Notes under the pieces: model-generated
What the model saw: only the letters and a program-made list of their open reading frames with translations
The model's database searches: none
What the model was told of the DNA's origin: nothing
Source: Felis catus
Taxonomy: Eukaryota
Reading direction: 5' to 3'
NCBI RefSeq assembly: GCF_018350175.1
Contig: NC_058368.1
Location: forward strand, 224,628,001-224,692,000
Length of the DNA: 64,000 bases
Made by a program: the position numbers and the translations under genes
Part shown: piece after piece, positions 52,615 to 64,000 of the stretch
How positions within the stretch are numbered: the first letter of the stretch is position 1
How the letters are laid out: the number at the start of each line of letters is the position of its first letter

Positions 52615-52852
52615 TTTTTAATTAATTAATTAATTAATTTTTAATGTTTATTTATTTATTTGGAGAAAGAGAGAGAGAGTGGGAGCCTGTGTGGGAGGGA
52701 CAGAGAGAGGAAGGGAGAGAGAGAATCCCCAGACAGGCTCTGCACTGTTAGCACAGAGCCTGACACGGGGCTCGATCTCACAAACCGTGAGAGCACGACC
52801 TGAGCAAAATCAAGAATGGGTCGCTTAACCAACTGAGCCACCCAGGTGCCCC
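52615..52852 (-). mobile_element. Can-SINE
   Basis: TSD cttacattttt on both sides. Confidence 0.94.
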
Positions 52853-52955
52853 TTACATTTTTAAATCATAGGAAAAATGCTCAAGAGGAAAGAGAGGGGT
52901 GCTTAGTCTGCATTCATGAAGCCCAAAGAAATATGCTTTTAAAAAAAGAAACTGA

Positions 52956-53210
52956 GGGGCCCTTGAGGGGCTCAGTCGCTTGAGCGCCCCACTCTTGGTT
53001 TCAGCCCAGATCATGATCTGCTCTGGCAGTGTGGAGCCTGCTTGGGATTCTCTCTCTCTCTCCCTCTCTCTGCCCCTCCCTCGCTCACGCTTATGTGCTC
53101 TCTCTTTCTCTCTCTCTCTTAGAATAAAATAAAATAAAATAAAATAAAATAAAATAAAATAAAATAAAATAAAAAATAAAATAAAATAAAATAAAATAAA
53201 ATATTTAAAA
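52956..53210 (+). mobile_element. Can-SINE with (AAAAT)n tail
   Basis: ggggctcagtcgcttgagcg..ggagcctgcttgggattctctctc. Confidence 0.9.
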
Positions 53211-53809
53211 GAAGGGACTAAAATTAGAACCTTAGGTAATCTCCCAAAATGTGGAAGAATATAGTTAAGGCAGCATAAGACCCTAATTAAAGAAAGAAAG
53301 CCCCCCGCTTGAGACCAGTCCTTGCTTCAAAGTGTTGGTCCACAGCTGAGAAGTAGCTCTCACATGAGCTTCCATCAGCCTCCTTGAGATGTGGAGGCAG
53401 AACGGTAACTGCCTGCCCTTCCAAGGCTGTTTGAGGCTTCAAGGGGATTGTGTTTATTAAATCAGGTCTGTTTGAACATTCTCAGAACCAAAGAAAATGT
53501 TTTGAATTTCAAAGCAATTTAAGCTGTTTGGAGGTGTCTATTTAAAGTGACACTATGAATGGGATTAATCATTAATTAATCTAAGGCTTCTTAAAAGTAG
53601 TTACATATTTATGGATTTATAAATAGAATAGCATGTATCAACTGAACATTCAATTTTAAGAAAGAGCTAATAAGGTTTTGGATTTGTAAATATAACAAAT
53701 TTGGTATCAAATGTCAACAATAAAATGCCAACTAGTCTTTATCTAAAATAGTAGCTGCTAATTTTTAAATTAAAAGCAGGTGATTGAAGTCATTGCAAAT
53801 AAGGGGCCT

Positions 53810-53962
53810 CTGGGTGGCCTGGGTGGCTCAGTTGGTTGAGCATGTGATTCTTCTTTTTGGCTCAGGCCATGATCCCGGTTCAGTCTATTCTCAGGGCTGA
53901 GCGTGCAGCCTGCTTTGGATTCCCTCTCTCCCTCTCTCTCCCCCAAATAAATAAATAAAAGA
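53810..53962 (+). mobile_element. Short Can-SINE
   Basis: gcctgggtggctcagttggttgagc..aaataaataaataaaa. Confidence 0.88.
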
Positions 53963-54390
53963 AGCAATTCCGTCCTGGATTAAACCTCTATTACAGAAGA
54001 CCTTTACTTAACATTAAAAATCCTAGCATAGCAGGAGGCATTGTCTAGATACTGGAGGTGAGTGTGTGACTTTATCTGGAGGGGATCATTCACGCGGTTC
54101 TCTCCCTTCCTAGATTGTGGTTGCTCAGTGCACCGGGCCTATGACTGTATCTCCCATGGCTTCACCTAAAATACGGATTCAGAATTATGGAAAATATTCT
54201 TTTATATGAGCATTAGGCAACTGTAGTAAAGTTGAACATCACTTTTCTATTTCAGAACCTATCACTTGATTCCCGAAGGGATCCAGTATGCTGATGAGAA
54301 TCCGCTTAAGGTCAGCTCCTACCGGATCATACACACTGATTTCAATATTGGAAAGTGGGATCTTCTTATCTAAAGAGGAGGTGTCCACAG

Positions 54391-54908
54391 TGTATTAACT
54401 TTATTGCTGTATAACAAATTACCAAAAGCGTAACAGTTCAAAAGAACCCGCAAGGGATTATTTCACAGTTTCGTGGGTCAGGAGTTCAGGCACAGCTTAG
54501 TCGAGTCCCTTGTACAGGGTTTCACATAGCCTGGACCACGGGCTGATCTGGGGCTGCACTCTCATCCGAGCCCCCAGGGCTTGCCCCAGGCTCACTGGGT
54601 TGTTCGCAGAATTCACTCCTTTGCAGTGTAGAACAGCCATGGTGGATTGCTTTTCAGAGGCCAGGGAGAGAAGGATGTCTGCGACCCTAAGATGCTCTCT
54701 CTTCATTAACCGTGTAATCTACTGATTAGGGACCTTAATTGTCTTTAAAAATGTCTTCACGTTTGCCATATTGTGTTGCCCGTGTGGGAGTGACTTCTAG
54801 CATCTTCGCAGTACCAGTCCACACTCAAATGGAGGGAAGGGGGCTCTATGGGTAGTGTATACCAAGGGGTGGGAATCCTGGGGACCTTCTTACAATTCCA
54901 TCTATTAT
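54391..54908 (-). mobile_element. MLT1F/H-like LTR
   Basis: tgtattaactttattgctgtataacaaattacc..tcacagtttcgtgggtcaggagttcaggcacagcttag..cccaggctcact..gcagaattcactccttg. Confidence 0.78.
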
Positions 54909-56002
54909 AGAGGACCTCCCTGTGAAAATTAACCTGTTAGTAGAACAATATGAATGAGAAAGATGAATCTTACGTATGTATTAGTAAGAAAGGGTCACAA
55001 AACATTGAGAAGTTGAGTTTATGTAATAATCCACTTTATTTCACCTTACTTAAATGACATAGAAAAGCAAGATTTTCTTAGAGTATCTATATTTTTTTTC
55101 AAAATGATGCATTTATTTACTATAAGCCTAAATGGAAAAGGTAGTTGATCTTTATTTGGTGTCTTCTGTATAACTGATATTGCTAATGTTGATTAAACAG
55201 ATTTTATATCATAATTAGTAACAGTCTATTTGTGCCCAAAGAAAAGTGAAATTGTCACAGTGATATAAATTTCAATGTGAAAAAAAGCTACAATGATTAA
55301 ATATGATATTTTGTATATCAGGAATGAGCTCAGAGATAATCCAGATGGTGGAAAATATTAAAATCTAAAAAAGGAAGATATTTTTAAATTTAACTCTGTC
55401 AGTGCAAAATCTTCTTCTAATTTTATTTTTGAAAGAACACCATTGACATGACCACAGAAGTCTGAAAAAAAAACATTTATTGAGCAACTGTTCATAATAA
55501 CTTACCATATCACATAGGTACTAAAAAATATGTATACTATATAGAGGCAGAATGTTTAAGCAAAGTTTTGTGTCCATGCGAATTGGCATGGGAAAGAAAA
55601 CCTTGCATTTACTCAGAAAGCATATTTGCATCTTATCGAAGAGTTGAAAATGTCCCTGTTAATGTATACAGTTTTTTTTGTAATAGAAGTCAAATAGTTA
55701 AAAATATATATATCATGGTGGTTTTTTTAATAACCTTAGCTGGAATTCTCTGATATTGGTAAGAAGTCATCACTGATACTTCAGTAGCATTTTGCATATG
55801 ATTAGAAGCAATGCTTTTGCATTTTGTTCTGAACGCTTATTTTTAACTTGTCAAATGCTGCTTTAACAGAGAGTGGTCCTGCATACTTCTGACGGCCAAG
55901 AGCTGTGCTGTCACAGCAAAGGAAATCAAGTGGCCTGAATATGACCAATTAATTCTAAAGCTCAGGTCACAAAGGATTTTTTAATGTATGGAACAAATAC
56001 AC

Positions 56003-56043
56003 ATGTGCGTGCACACGCGCACACACGCACACACACACACACA
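56003..56043. repeat. (CA)n/(CG)n microsatellite
   Basis: Direct read. Confidence 0.9.
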
Positions 56044-56915
56044 AAGCGATAGGATTAGAAATGGAATTGATGTAAATTCATGTAACAAAAGTATTTAAAG
56101 ATAGTCTGATCCCTTGAAAACACAAAGAAACATAGATTGCCTCCTATACGTAAGGTTCAGCAGACTTCATAATGAGAGCTTAATCCTTTTTTGCCGTTAG
56201 ATCATTTATTCACTTTCGTTTCAAGTCATATTCCTTGAACTGATACAGAATTTACATATGTCTCTTCATTCAAATGTGTCATTAAGATGCAGGCTATGTT
56301 ACAGGGCTTGAAAATGATCTTCAGACATCTGTCTCTGGAACACTTAAGAAGCTAGCTACTCCAAACAGACCCTGGACAGTTCTCATCAGAATATGTCCCT
56401 GATGCTGAGCATTAGCATGAGAAATAACTTAAAAGCAGAATTGTATCATTGCGTGAGTAAGGTCAACACTGTGGAGTTTATGCAAGCAGTGAAACACGCA
56501 TTTGGCAACTCTAGGGAACAATGTTCCTATTTTGCATTGTCATACCTACCATGAAGCACATAGCACATTCTGAAAAAGAAAGAGAGAGATGGAATTTTCA
56601 TCTAAAAAAAAACCTCAAATCTTGATGTAGGAAGATTTCATTTGGGTCCAATTCATAGCATCCTCATTGGGCTGATCTAGTGGGGGAGGGCAAGGAATGG
56701 AGCTAGAGTAGACACAGGATTTAACATTTATGGAAATTTCTTATAAAATAATGATCTATAATATCAAACAGAGAAAATCACTTATGAATTACAGACACAA
56801 AGGAGTCTGTGAGTTTGTGTGCCTGAATTACTGATTATTAAAAATATGGAGAAAGCTGACATATTTGTCTAAACTAAATTGATGATTAGATACCCTGAGC
56901 CTGTTGTTATCTCTT

Positions 56916-57559
56916 GTATTAGTTTTCTATCACTGCTGTAGCAAGTTATCACAAACATAAAACAACCATTTATCACAGCTCTGTAGGTTGGCTGACTAAG
57001 TGAGCTTGACTGGGTTCTCAGCTTAGGGTCTCACAGTGCCAAAATCACTATGTGAGCTGGTCTGGACCCATAGCTGGAAGCTCTGGGAAAAAACAGAGAG
57101 GGGAAGGAAGGAAGGAAGGAAGGAAGGAAGGAAGGAAGGAAGGAAGGAAGGAAGCAATCTACTTCCAAGCTTATTTAGGTTTTGGGAAGAATTCAGTCCC
57201 TTGTGGCTGTAGGACTAAGGTTCTTACTTCCTTGCTGGATTTCAGCTAGGAGATTCTCTTAGCTCTGTAAGACAGCCCATGTTCCTTCTCATACGGCCCT
57301 CTCAATCTTCAAAGTCTGCAATGGAACATCAAGTCTATCTCAAGCTTCAAATCTCCCTGACTTCTTCCGCCATCAGAAGTTGCTTTTAAGAGTTTGTGTG
57401 ATCAGATTAGATTCATTTATGTTATCTCCCTCTCTTAGAATCAGCTGTGCCATACAGCATGACATAATCATGGAAGCGGTATCTCTTTATACCCATAGGT
57501 TCTTGGAATTAGACCTGGGCATCTCTGGGGGGAGCATTTTAGAAATTTTGCCTAATCAC
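56916..57559 (-). mobile_element. MLT1G/H-like LTR with (GGAA)n
   Basis: tgtattagttttctatcactgctgtagcaag..gagcttgactgggttctc..agaattcagtcccttgtggctgtaggactaagg..gcattttagaaattttgcctaatcaca. Confidence 0.8.
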
Positions 57560-57858
57560 ATCTCCTTTCAAGGAATCCACGACACTCAGAAGCAGCGACC
57601 TTCTTCCATAGTCCTTATCGCATTTTCCCTCTTTTATTCTCTTGTGCCAAAAATGTTGAATCAGCGAGTACATCCTCTTCTACCAGCATCCCATTCCAGT
57701 TCTCCATCGATGAAAGTTTTAACAATCGCTTCATTGCAACATGCAGTGCGTCTGTCTACTCTCAGTCATGGGATCCTCAATGCTGGTTGGAGAGTGAGTG
57801 TTTTATCAGTAAAATCCCCTTTTATAGTCTGCTCCTGAGAGTCATTTCTGATATCCAC

Positions 57859-58171
57859 TGTCTTACAAGAGCCCCGCTGGAAACAGACTCTGAGAGGGAG
57901 ACTGACTTTATTGGGGGATGTTCTCAAGTAATACACGTATCAAAAAGGTAGGAAAGATAGTACTGACCAGAGGGAGAAGGTGGTATTTGATGTAGTGGTA
58001 AAGGAAGTCTTAGTCAACCCTGCAGATAGTTCTAGAGCTGGGGTGACCCTTCAGGGCATGGTGGCTGGGCCTTTGTATCCCCACATTAGCCAGTCCTAGG
58101 AGGTAATTCCTTGCAGCGGTGAGCAATTCCCGGTGACGTATCAGCTGGATGAGAAGACGTGGAAACACTAC
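57859..58171 (-). mobile_element. LTR16-family solo LTR
   Basis: tgtctt..ggaaacagactctgaga..tttattggg..ttctagagctggggtgacccttcag..ctgggcctttgtatcccc..aca. Confidence 0.7.
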
Positions 58172-58241
58172 AATGTCTAGTATCTATTAACACTACCATA
58201 TATACTAACGTTATTGTGTCCATTAAGACTACCATATATTC

Positions 58242-58465
58242 GGGGCACCTGGGTGGCGCAGTCGGTTAAGCGTCCGACTTCAGCCAGGTCACGATCTCGA
58301 GGAGTCCGGGAGTTCGAGCCGCGCATCGGGCTCTGGGCTGATGGCTCAGAGCCTGGAGCCTACTTCCGATTCTGTGTCTCCCTCTCTCTCTGCCCCTCCC
58401 CCGTTCATGCTCTGTCTCTCTCTGTCCCAAAAATAAATAAACGTTGAAAAAAAAATTTAAAAAAA
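58242..58465 (+). mobile_element. Young felid SINEC_Fc
   Basis: Perfect 17-bp TSD aagactaccatatattc at 58225-58241 and 58466-58482. Confidence 0.97.
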
Positions 58466-58795
58466 AAGACTACCATATATTCTAACACTGAAGTACCTAC
58501 TAAGTATCTGCTTATACTAGAGCATTTACTAACACTAGTATCTCTCCCACTGTAGGAAGAAATGATCTTTGCTCCACTGGAAGTTTCTTGAACTCTATTC
58601 CAAATCAGAGAAAATATTCTTGATTTCAGAACATTTACAGTAAACGAAAGCAAAAATGTACCACGCTCGGTGGCCGTCAGGGTAGACAAAGTACAAATGA
58701 CAATAGAGACGATACTTATAAAAACACTAAATCCTTTCCGGCAAGAATCTAGGAACTCACATGTTGTCGCTTTTATTTGAAAAACAAATGTAGAC

Positions 58796-59025
58796 GGCGG
58801 GCGCCTGAGTGGCTTAGTCGGTTAAGCATCCGACACTGGCTCAGGTCATGATCTCCCAGTCTGAGCCACGATCTCATGGTTTGTGAGTTTGAGCCTCACG
58901 TTGAAATCCGCACTGACAGCACAGAACCCGCTTCGGATCCTCTGTCTCCCTCTCTGTCTGCCCCTCCGCCACTCACAAGCCTGTGGTGTGCACATGCACG
59001 GCCTCTCAAAAGTGAACATTAAAAA
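58796..59025 (+). mobile_element. Can-SINE with a short internal duplication
   Basis: gggcgcctgagtggcttagtcggttaag; catgatctc..cacgatctc repeated. Confidence 0.9.
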
Positions 59026-59494
59026 CCTTACTTTTTAATTTAAATAGTAAAATCTTTCTTCCTTCTAGTCGCACCTGCTAAACTAAGTCTCACTTTCCAA
59101 CAGAGATATGTTGGTTTCGTATTTAAACTCCAGTGGAGTCAAATGCATTATTGGTAAAGACTCTCAACGCTAGAGACCTAATCTTTAGGTCTCTTTCTCT
59201 TTCAGTGTGACCTTGAAGATGTCATTTAACTTCATCCTCTTCTTCCCCCCCTCATTTTTAAAGTGAAAATATTGGGATAGTTAAGTTTTAATGTTCTTTC
59301 CAAGTCAGAAACCATAAGCTAGATAATTGATTTTATTCCGTTTATGAAAAATCTTTCTCCCTCGTGCTTAGATTTCACAATCTGTTTTCTGTGTTTGTCA
59401 TCTTCACCACTTGAGCAGCCTTGACTTGAAATGTAAGGCCACCCCCATACAAGCTGTTCTGATCTGCCAAGCTGTCCACTCTCCATCCCACCAA

Positions 59495-59530
<36 letters not shown>

Positions 59531-59544
59531 CGCGTGTGCACGCG
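59495..59544. repeat. (TG)n(CG)n alternating purine-pyrimidine tract
   Basis: Direct read. Confidence 0.95.
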
Positions 59545-59607
59545 TTGTTATTTACATACCCTGGCAATAGAAATTCACAGGATACTGTCCTTTAAAAAAT
59601 TTCCTGT

Positions 59608-59842
59608 GGTGGCGCCTGGGTGGTTCAGTCAGTTAAACATCCGACTTTAGCTCACGGCATGATCTCACAGTTCGTGGGTTCGAGCCCCGCTCCCCGTGTC
59701 GGGCTCTGTGCTGACAGCTCAGAGCCTGGAGCCTTCTTCAGATTCCGTGTCCCTTCTGTCTCCGCCCTTCCCCTGCTCGCGCTCTGTCTCTTTCTGTCTC
59801 TCAAAATTAAATAAATAAATGTTAACAAATTTAAAAAAAAAA
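59608..59842 (+). mobile_element. Felid Can-SINE
   Basis: Full length; flanks tcctgtg on both sides. Confidence 0.94.
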
Positions 59843-60699
59843 CAAATCCTGTGAATGAGCTAGCACCTCAAGTGACCATGGGAAGATTTAGAAACTCCAA
59901 AAAAGAGAAAACTTCTAACAGCAACTAGAAAGAACGTTCTTGCGTGAAGTAGGCAAAAAGAAAAAAAAAATGTTTCCTAAAGTGATTCTCTGGGATCCTA
60001 AGAATTTGACTTCTATCTTTGATTCTGGCTAATTTTTAGAAAATTTACTTGGCTCTGCCGATGAGCGTTCCAGTGCTAGAAGCCATCACACGCCTTCATG
60101 GCTATGTTCTCTTCCCACTCACTTCTCTTTCGATCATGCGCCGCTTTCTCTTAGGATTGAAAAACTGCATTTATAAAGAAGAAATAGCCTCACCATCTAG
60201 AGGTGAACACCGGTAACGTTCCAATGTGCGTTTGCTGTTATCATGCTTTGCCATGCACTCGGTGTTAAGATTTCGTGTCATTAAATATCTGAGCCTTTTC
60301 GGATATCACTCTTGTAACTTGAAATTATTTTTATTGTTTCAAGAAAAAATAGTTTTGTGATAAAATCAGTTGGAGGAATGTAATATCTAAGATGGCTAGC
60401 ATATATTTCTGTACTTGGGAGGGCTTGATAGAGATTAAATCACACCAGATTACTTATTTCAGAGGCAGAATATCATGATTGGTAAGAACACAAATCAGAG
60501 AATATTGGCTTCAAAATTTGGCTTTGCCACTCGTAAGATGTCTGACTTCTGGCAAATTGCTTAACTTTGCTAAGTACTTTCTACACTGATAGAAAAGAAA
60601 TATATATGTATTTATTAGAAGTTTTATCATAATATTTATAAAGCTTATAGATTCCAAGAATGGAAATGTGTTAGTATATAAAATATATGTTTTGTCAGA

Positions 60700-60935
60700 G
60701 TAATGATAATAAGAAAGTTAATACTGATCTAGATGCCAGATACTGTTCTAAGCACTTTATATAGATTACTTCTATTACTTCTCACATTTTTATGAAGCAG
60801 GTACAGTTATAACAAAACCCCATTTTACAAGTTAGGCAGGTGGAGAAAAGAGAGGTCAACTGACTTGCTCTAGATTACACAGCTGGTAAACGATCAAGCC
60901 AAGATTTGGAGACAATCTTTGCCTTTAACCACTAG
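60700..60935 (-). mobile_element. MIR
   Basis: tgccagatactgttctaagcacttt..cccattttaca..agaggtcaactgacttgctc..acacagctggtaa. Confidence 0.75.
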
Positions 60936-61329
60936 TCCAAATCAATGGAAACTGCTTAATCAACTTTATTAGCTTCACATTTGACTAAAGTTTCATATAT
61001 TAAGCATAACTTATTTAAGATAAAAAGTATTACTTAGGAAAAAGTGGTTTAAGTTTGTCCAATTTGATGACTAAGTAAGATTGATGCATAGATTTACTTG
61101 TGATTGGCTAATCAATTTTCTCATCTGCTTTGAGGATGGTTAAAGTAATGTGAATCTTCAGGTAATGTATATATTAATCTGAAATTATTATTATGCTATT
61201 CATGTGTACTTTTCCAGAGAATATGCCTGGGTTATCATCAATTATATAGTATTAAAGCTCACAATAATAAAGAGTTGAGAGCCAAATTCTAACCTCAGGG
61301 TGCATATTCAATGTAAATTTGGGTAATGG

Positions 61330-61720
61330 TCCAGGATCCACCCAATTCTTTCTGGCAGCAGCATTTTGACTTTCCTTTAGGGAATAACTTCCCCCTTACT
61401 CTGAGCACATCTGGTTTAGGTGTGGCCGTGCCTACCTTCTGGACATTGGAGCAGACCTATGACAGCACATGTTCTACTCTGCTTCTTTTTGTCATACCGT
61501 TACCCCCACTGACACAGTAACGGACTAAGGAGTGGGCTCATGACCAAAGCCAAGAAGTGAGACATGATACCCAGACATGCTGAAACTGTTCAAAGAGACG
61601 CATTTTTTCACCTATCTGGTTTACCAAACTGGAAAGATGTGAACTGGGAGCTTTAGAAGGCCACTATTTGGAGAAGAAAATAGTTCAAACAATGGAGTAA
61701 GACAAACTGAATCCAGGTGA
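61330..61720 (+). mobile_element. MLT1K/L-like LTR
   Basis: ttctggcagcagcattttgactttcctttaggg..gtgggctcatgaccaaagcc..ctggaaagatgtgaactgggagct. Confidence 0.6.
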
Positions 61721-62092
61721 CCTAGCATGCATGTAATAAATGATTTTTTAAATGAATCTATGAAGACATAATTAAATGAAAATAGAAAATTCTGAGCCTT
61801 TGGGGTTGGTACGTAGAGCTCAGTAGAACAAGACCGGGCAGGAACAAAGAACTCTGATGTCAGGGTGTATCAGTAACCAATATAAAAAAATCCTGTTTTC
61901 ATACCTGTGGTGAAATATGCAATCTTGTGAGCTTAATTTATTGTATACAAGACACTCCCAAAAGAATATGCTCCAATCTCTCTTAGTAATCGTTACTTGG
62001 AGAAAAATGATTTTATTTATTTAGTGTCACATAGACACACACCGATCCACATATTTTTTAATGTTTATTTGACTTAAAAATGCTGAGTTTCT

Positions 62093-62301
62093 GGGTTCCT
62101 GGGTGCTCAGTTGGCTAAGTGTCTGGCTCTTGGTTTTGGCTCAAGTCATGACCTCACAGTTGGTGAGTCTGAGCCCCGCATCAAGCTCCACAGGGACAGT
62201 GCAGAGCCTGCTTGGGATTCTCTCTCTCTGTCTCTCTCTCTCTCTCTCTGCCCCTTCCTCCTCGAGCCCTTTCTCTCTCTCTCAAAATAAATAAATAAAC
62301 T
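62093..62301 (+). mobile_element. Can-SINE
   Basis: TSD ttaaaaatgctgagttt at 62074-62090 and 62302-62318. Confidence 0.94.
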
Positions 62302-63799
62302 TTAAAAATGCTGAGTTTTAATACATTTTCTAACACCTTATGAATATAATTAATATCATAACTTAAATCACAATATTGTGAACTACCTAATATACTGACA
62401 ATAAAAATGAAATTAAAATAATTCTAAACCTTTTATTACTGTAATCTATGTGGCAATTTACCGAAGTTTTGGAGAAAAAGAGCAGGAACATCTTAAAATA
62501 AAATTTTCGTATAATTATGCCCACTTAGCACTGCAACAATTTTTATATTAAAGTAATATTTTTTAACAAAACCTCGCTGTGCATGCAGGTTGTGGAAAGC
62601 TATCAGTACCAAAATAGAACATATTTCTATTTCACAGAGAAAAAACATCACTCTCCCCTCAATGACTTGCCTCACTCTCTTTCCCTACACTCCTCACAGC
62701 TGAGCCGATTAAACTACCAATAGAACTTCATGCCCACCTGAAGCTTCCGGTCACCACGTCTGTCCATGAGCCGGCACAGTTAGAGTAATGGTTCAGTTGG
62801 TTTAAGAGACCCGCCATCTGTCCCCACTGCTCTATAACCCAGTTCTCTTTTAAGACCAGTTGCCTACTTTGTTTTTCACTGGTGTGCCCAGGATTAGAGC
62901 CCTGAACCATTACATGATCAGAGTCTTGTGCCCTACCACTTGACCTCATCAACACTGACTGCCATCCTAGTAATCTGTTTCAGTGCTTCGTAGAAAACAT
63001 CGTAGTTACTGTGCCAAAGAGTAGCGATCGGAATTAAAATGAAGGTAGACTAATTCTGATCCTCAATAGCTCATTGTATAATGGGGAGCAAAACGTACTA
63101 CAAAGGGAAAGATCTTATCCCATACGAAGCACAGTGAGAGTATCTAATGTGCATCCATTGTGCTTGCTTAGTCTATAAGTTGATTTCAGTCATTTGACAA
63201 CCACAGAAGGCTATCGTTATAGAACAGAGTATTTTAAAGCTTGACAATGTAAAAGCAATGGTATGGAGGACAGAAGTTGGAAGAAGAAGATGACACAGAA
63301 ATACTTCATCTTACATAAAAACAAGCCATGATATAAAGTCTATTATGGATATAAAGTACGTCAAGTAGATCAACAAATCGAACCAACAGAAGAACTAAAA
63401 GTAAAAATGTTCACCTATCAGAGAGTGAAAGATAAGGCAGAAGTCAGTTTTCATGTTTCATAAATGGAGGCAACTGATAATGTTGAATATTAAAAAAAAA
63501 ATCATGAAATGCGGACACTACTTAGGAAAACCCATTAGGAAGAGACCCATTTGAAAAAAAAAATATGATAGAGATGTTTAAAATTGGAACCCGCTGAAGA
63601 TTGGGGCCGGGGCTGGGTTTGGGCAGACAAAAGGAGACTTTCACTTTTTATCTGATATTCCTTCTCTACTATTTTTGTTATCAAATTTATGTATTAATTT
63701 ACAAGTATTGAATTATAAAATGATTATGAAATTTAATGATGGAAATGATATAGGAGCACAAATATCTACACTTCAAACAAGCTGCCTTGGGAAGAAAGT

Positions 63800-63975
63800 A
63801 CGTCCAGTCTCTGATGTAGCTGTTCTCATTATTCACGTTTTACAATTTGAGAGTTAGGGACTCAGTGATTTTATGTAAATTGTCCAAAGTTGAAAAGGTA
63901 ACAAGGACAATTTGCACTGAGTCCTACAAGAATTCAGAATCTGTGTTTCCCATCCAAACTTCATGCTTCCAAACT
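63800..63975 (-). mobile_element. MIR fragment
   Basis: cacgttttacaatttgag..ttgtccaaagt..aagaattcagaatctgtg. Confidence 0.45.
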
Positions 63976-64000
63976 CACTTCTCACTGGCCTTTACCAGCC

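Noticed and set aside
54254..54308. Plus-strand exon-like unit (TYHLIPEGIQYADENPLK)
   Set aside because: Good acceptor but weak donor (gtcagc), 55 nt, no partner exons, peptide not recognised.
57380..57838. 152-aa ORF
   Set aside because: Starts inside an MLT1 LTR; no homology recognised.
59172..59194. 10-bp stem hairpin agagacctaa-tct-ttaggtctct
   Set aside because: Falls in a MIR-like remnant and has no independent support.
883..62301. tRNA-like A/B-box sequences
   Set aside because: These are SINE heads derived from tRNA, not tRNA genes.
1..64000. CRISPR array, operon, defence or other prokaryotic system; CpG-island promoter
   Set aside because: The DNA is mammalian; there is no regularly spaced repeat-spacer array, no dense coding region, and CpG enrichment is largely confined to young SINEs.

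Overview
Mammalian nuclear DNA, almost certainly from a cat-family (Felidae) genome: it carries about 30 tRNA-derived Can-SINEs, including the young felid SINEC_Fc type, and an L1_Fc-like 3' end. The window is AT-rich, has no CpG island and no recognisable multi-exon CDS. Much of it is interspersed repeat: SINEC, old L1M/HAL1, L2, MIR, MaLR MLT1 LTRs, MER21, and a 5'-half ERVL provirus (LTR16C plus gag/pro). The supplied ORFs are best explained as repeat-derived or chance. The most interesting signal is on the minus strand: two candidate frame-preserving microexons (30 nt at 48885-48914 and 12 nt at 41806-41817). Each has canonical splice sites and an upstream UGC motif and sits in a repeat-free island; both are open in the same phase and join as (x)YNRCPECIDGNVA(R/S). 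With the plus-strand bias of the L1 copies, this suggests the window is deep intron of a large minus-strand gene with regulated microexons. I could not identify the gene. Repeat subfamily names are by-eye matches to remembered consensus motifs, and boundaries are approximate. No novel prokaryote-type system is present.
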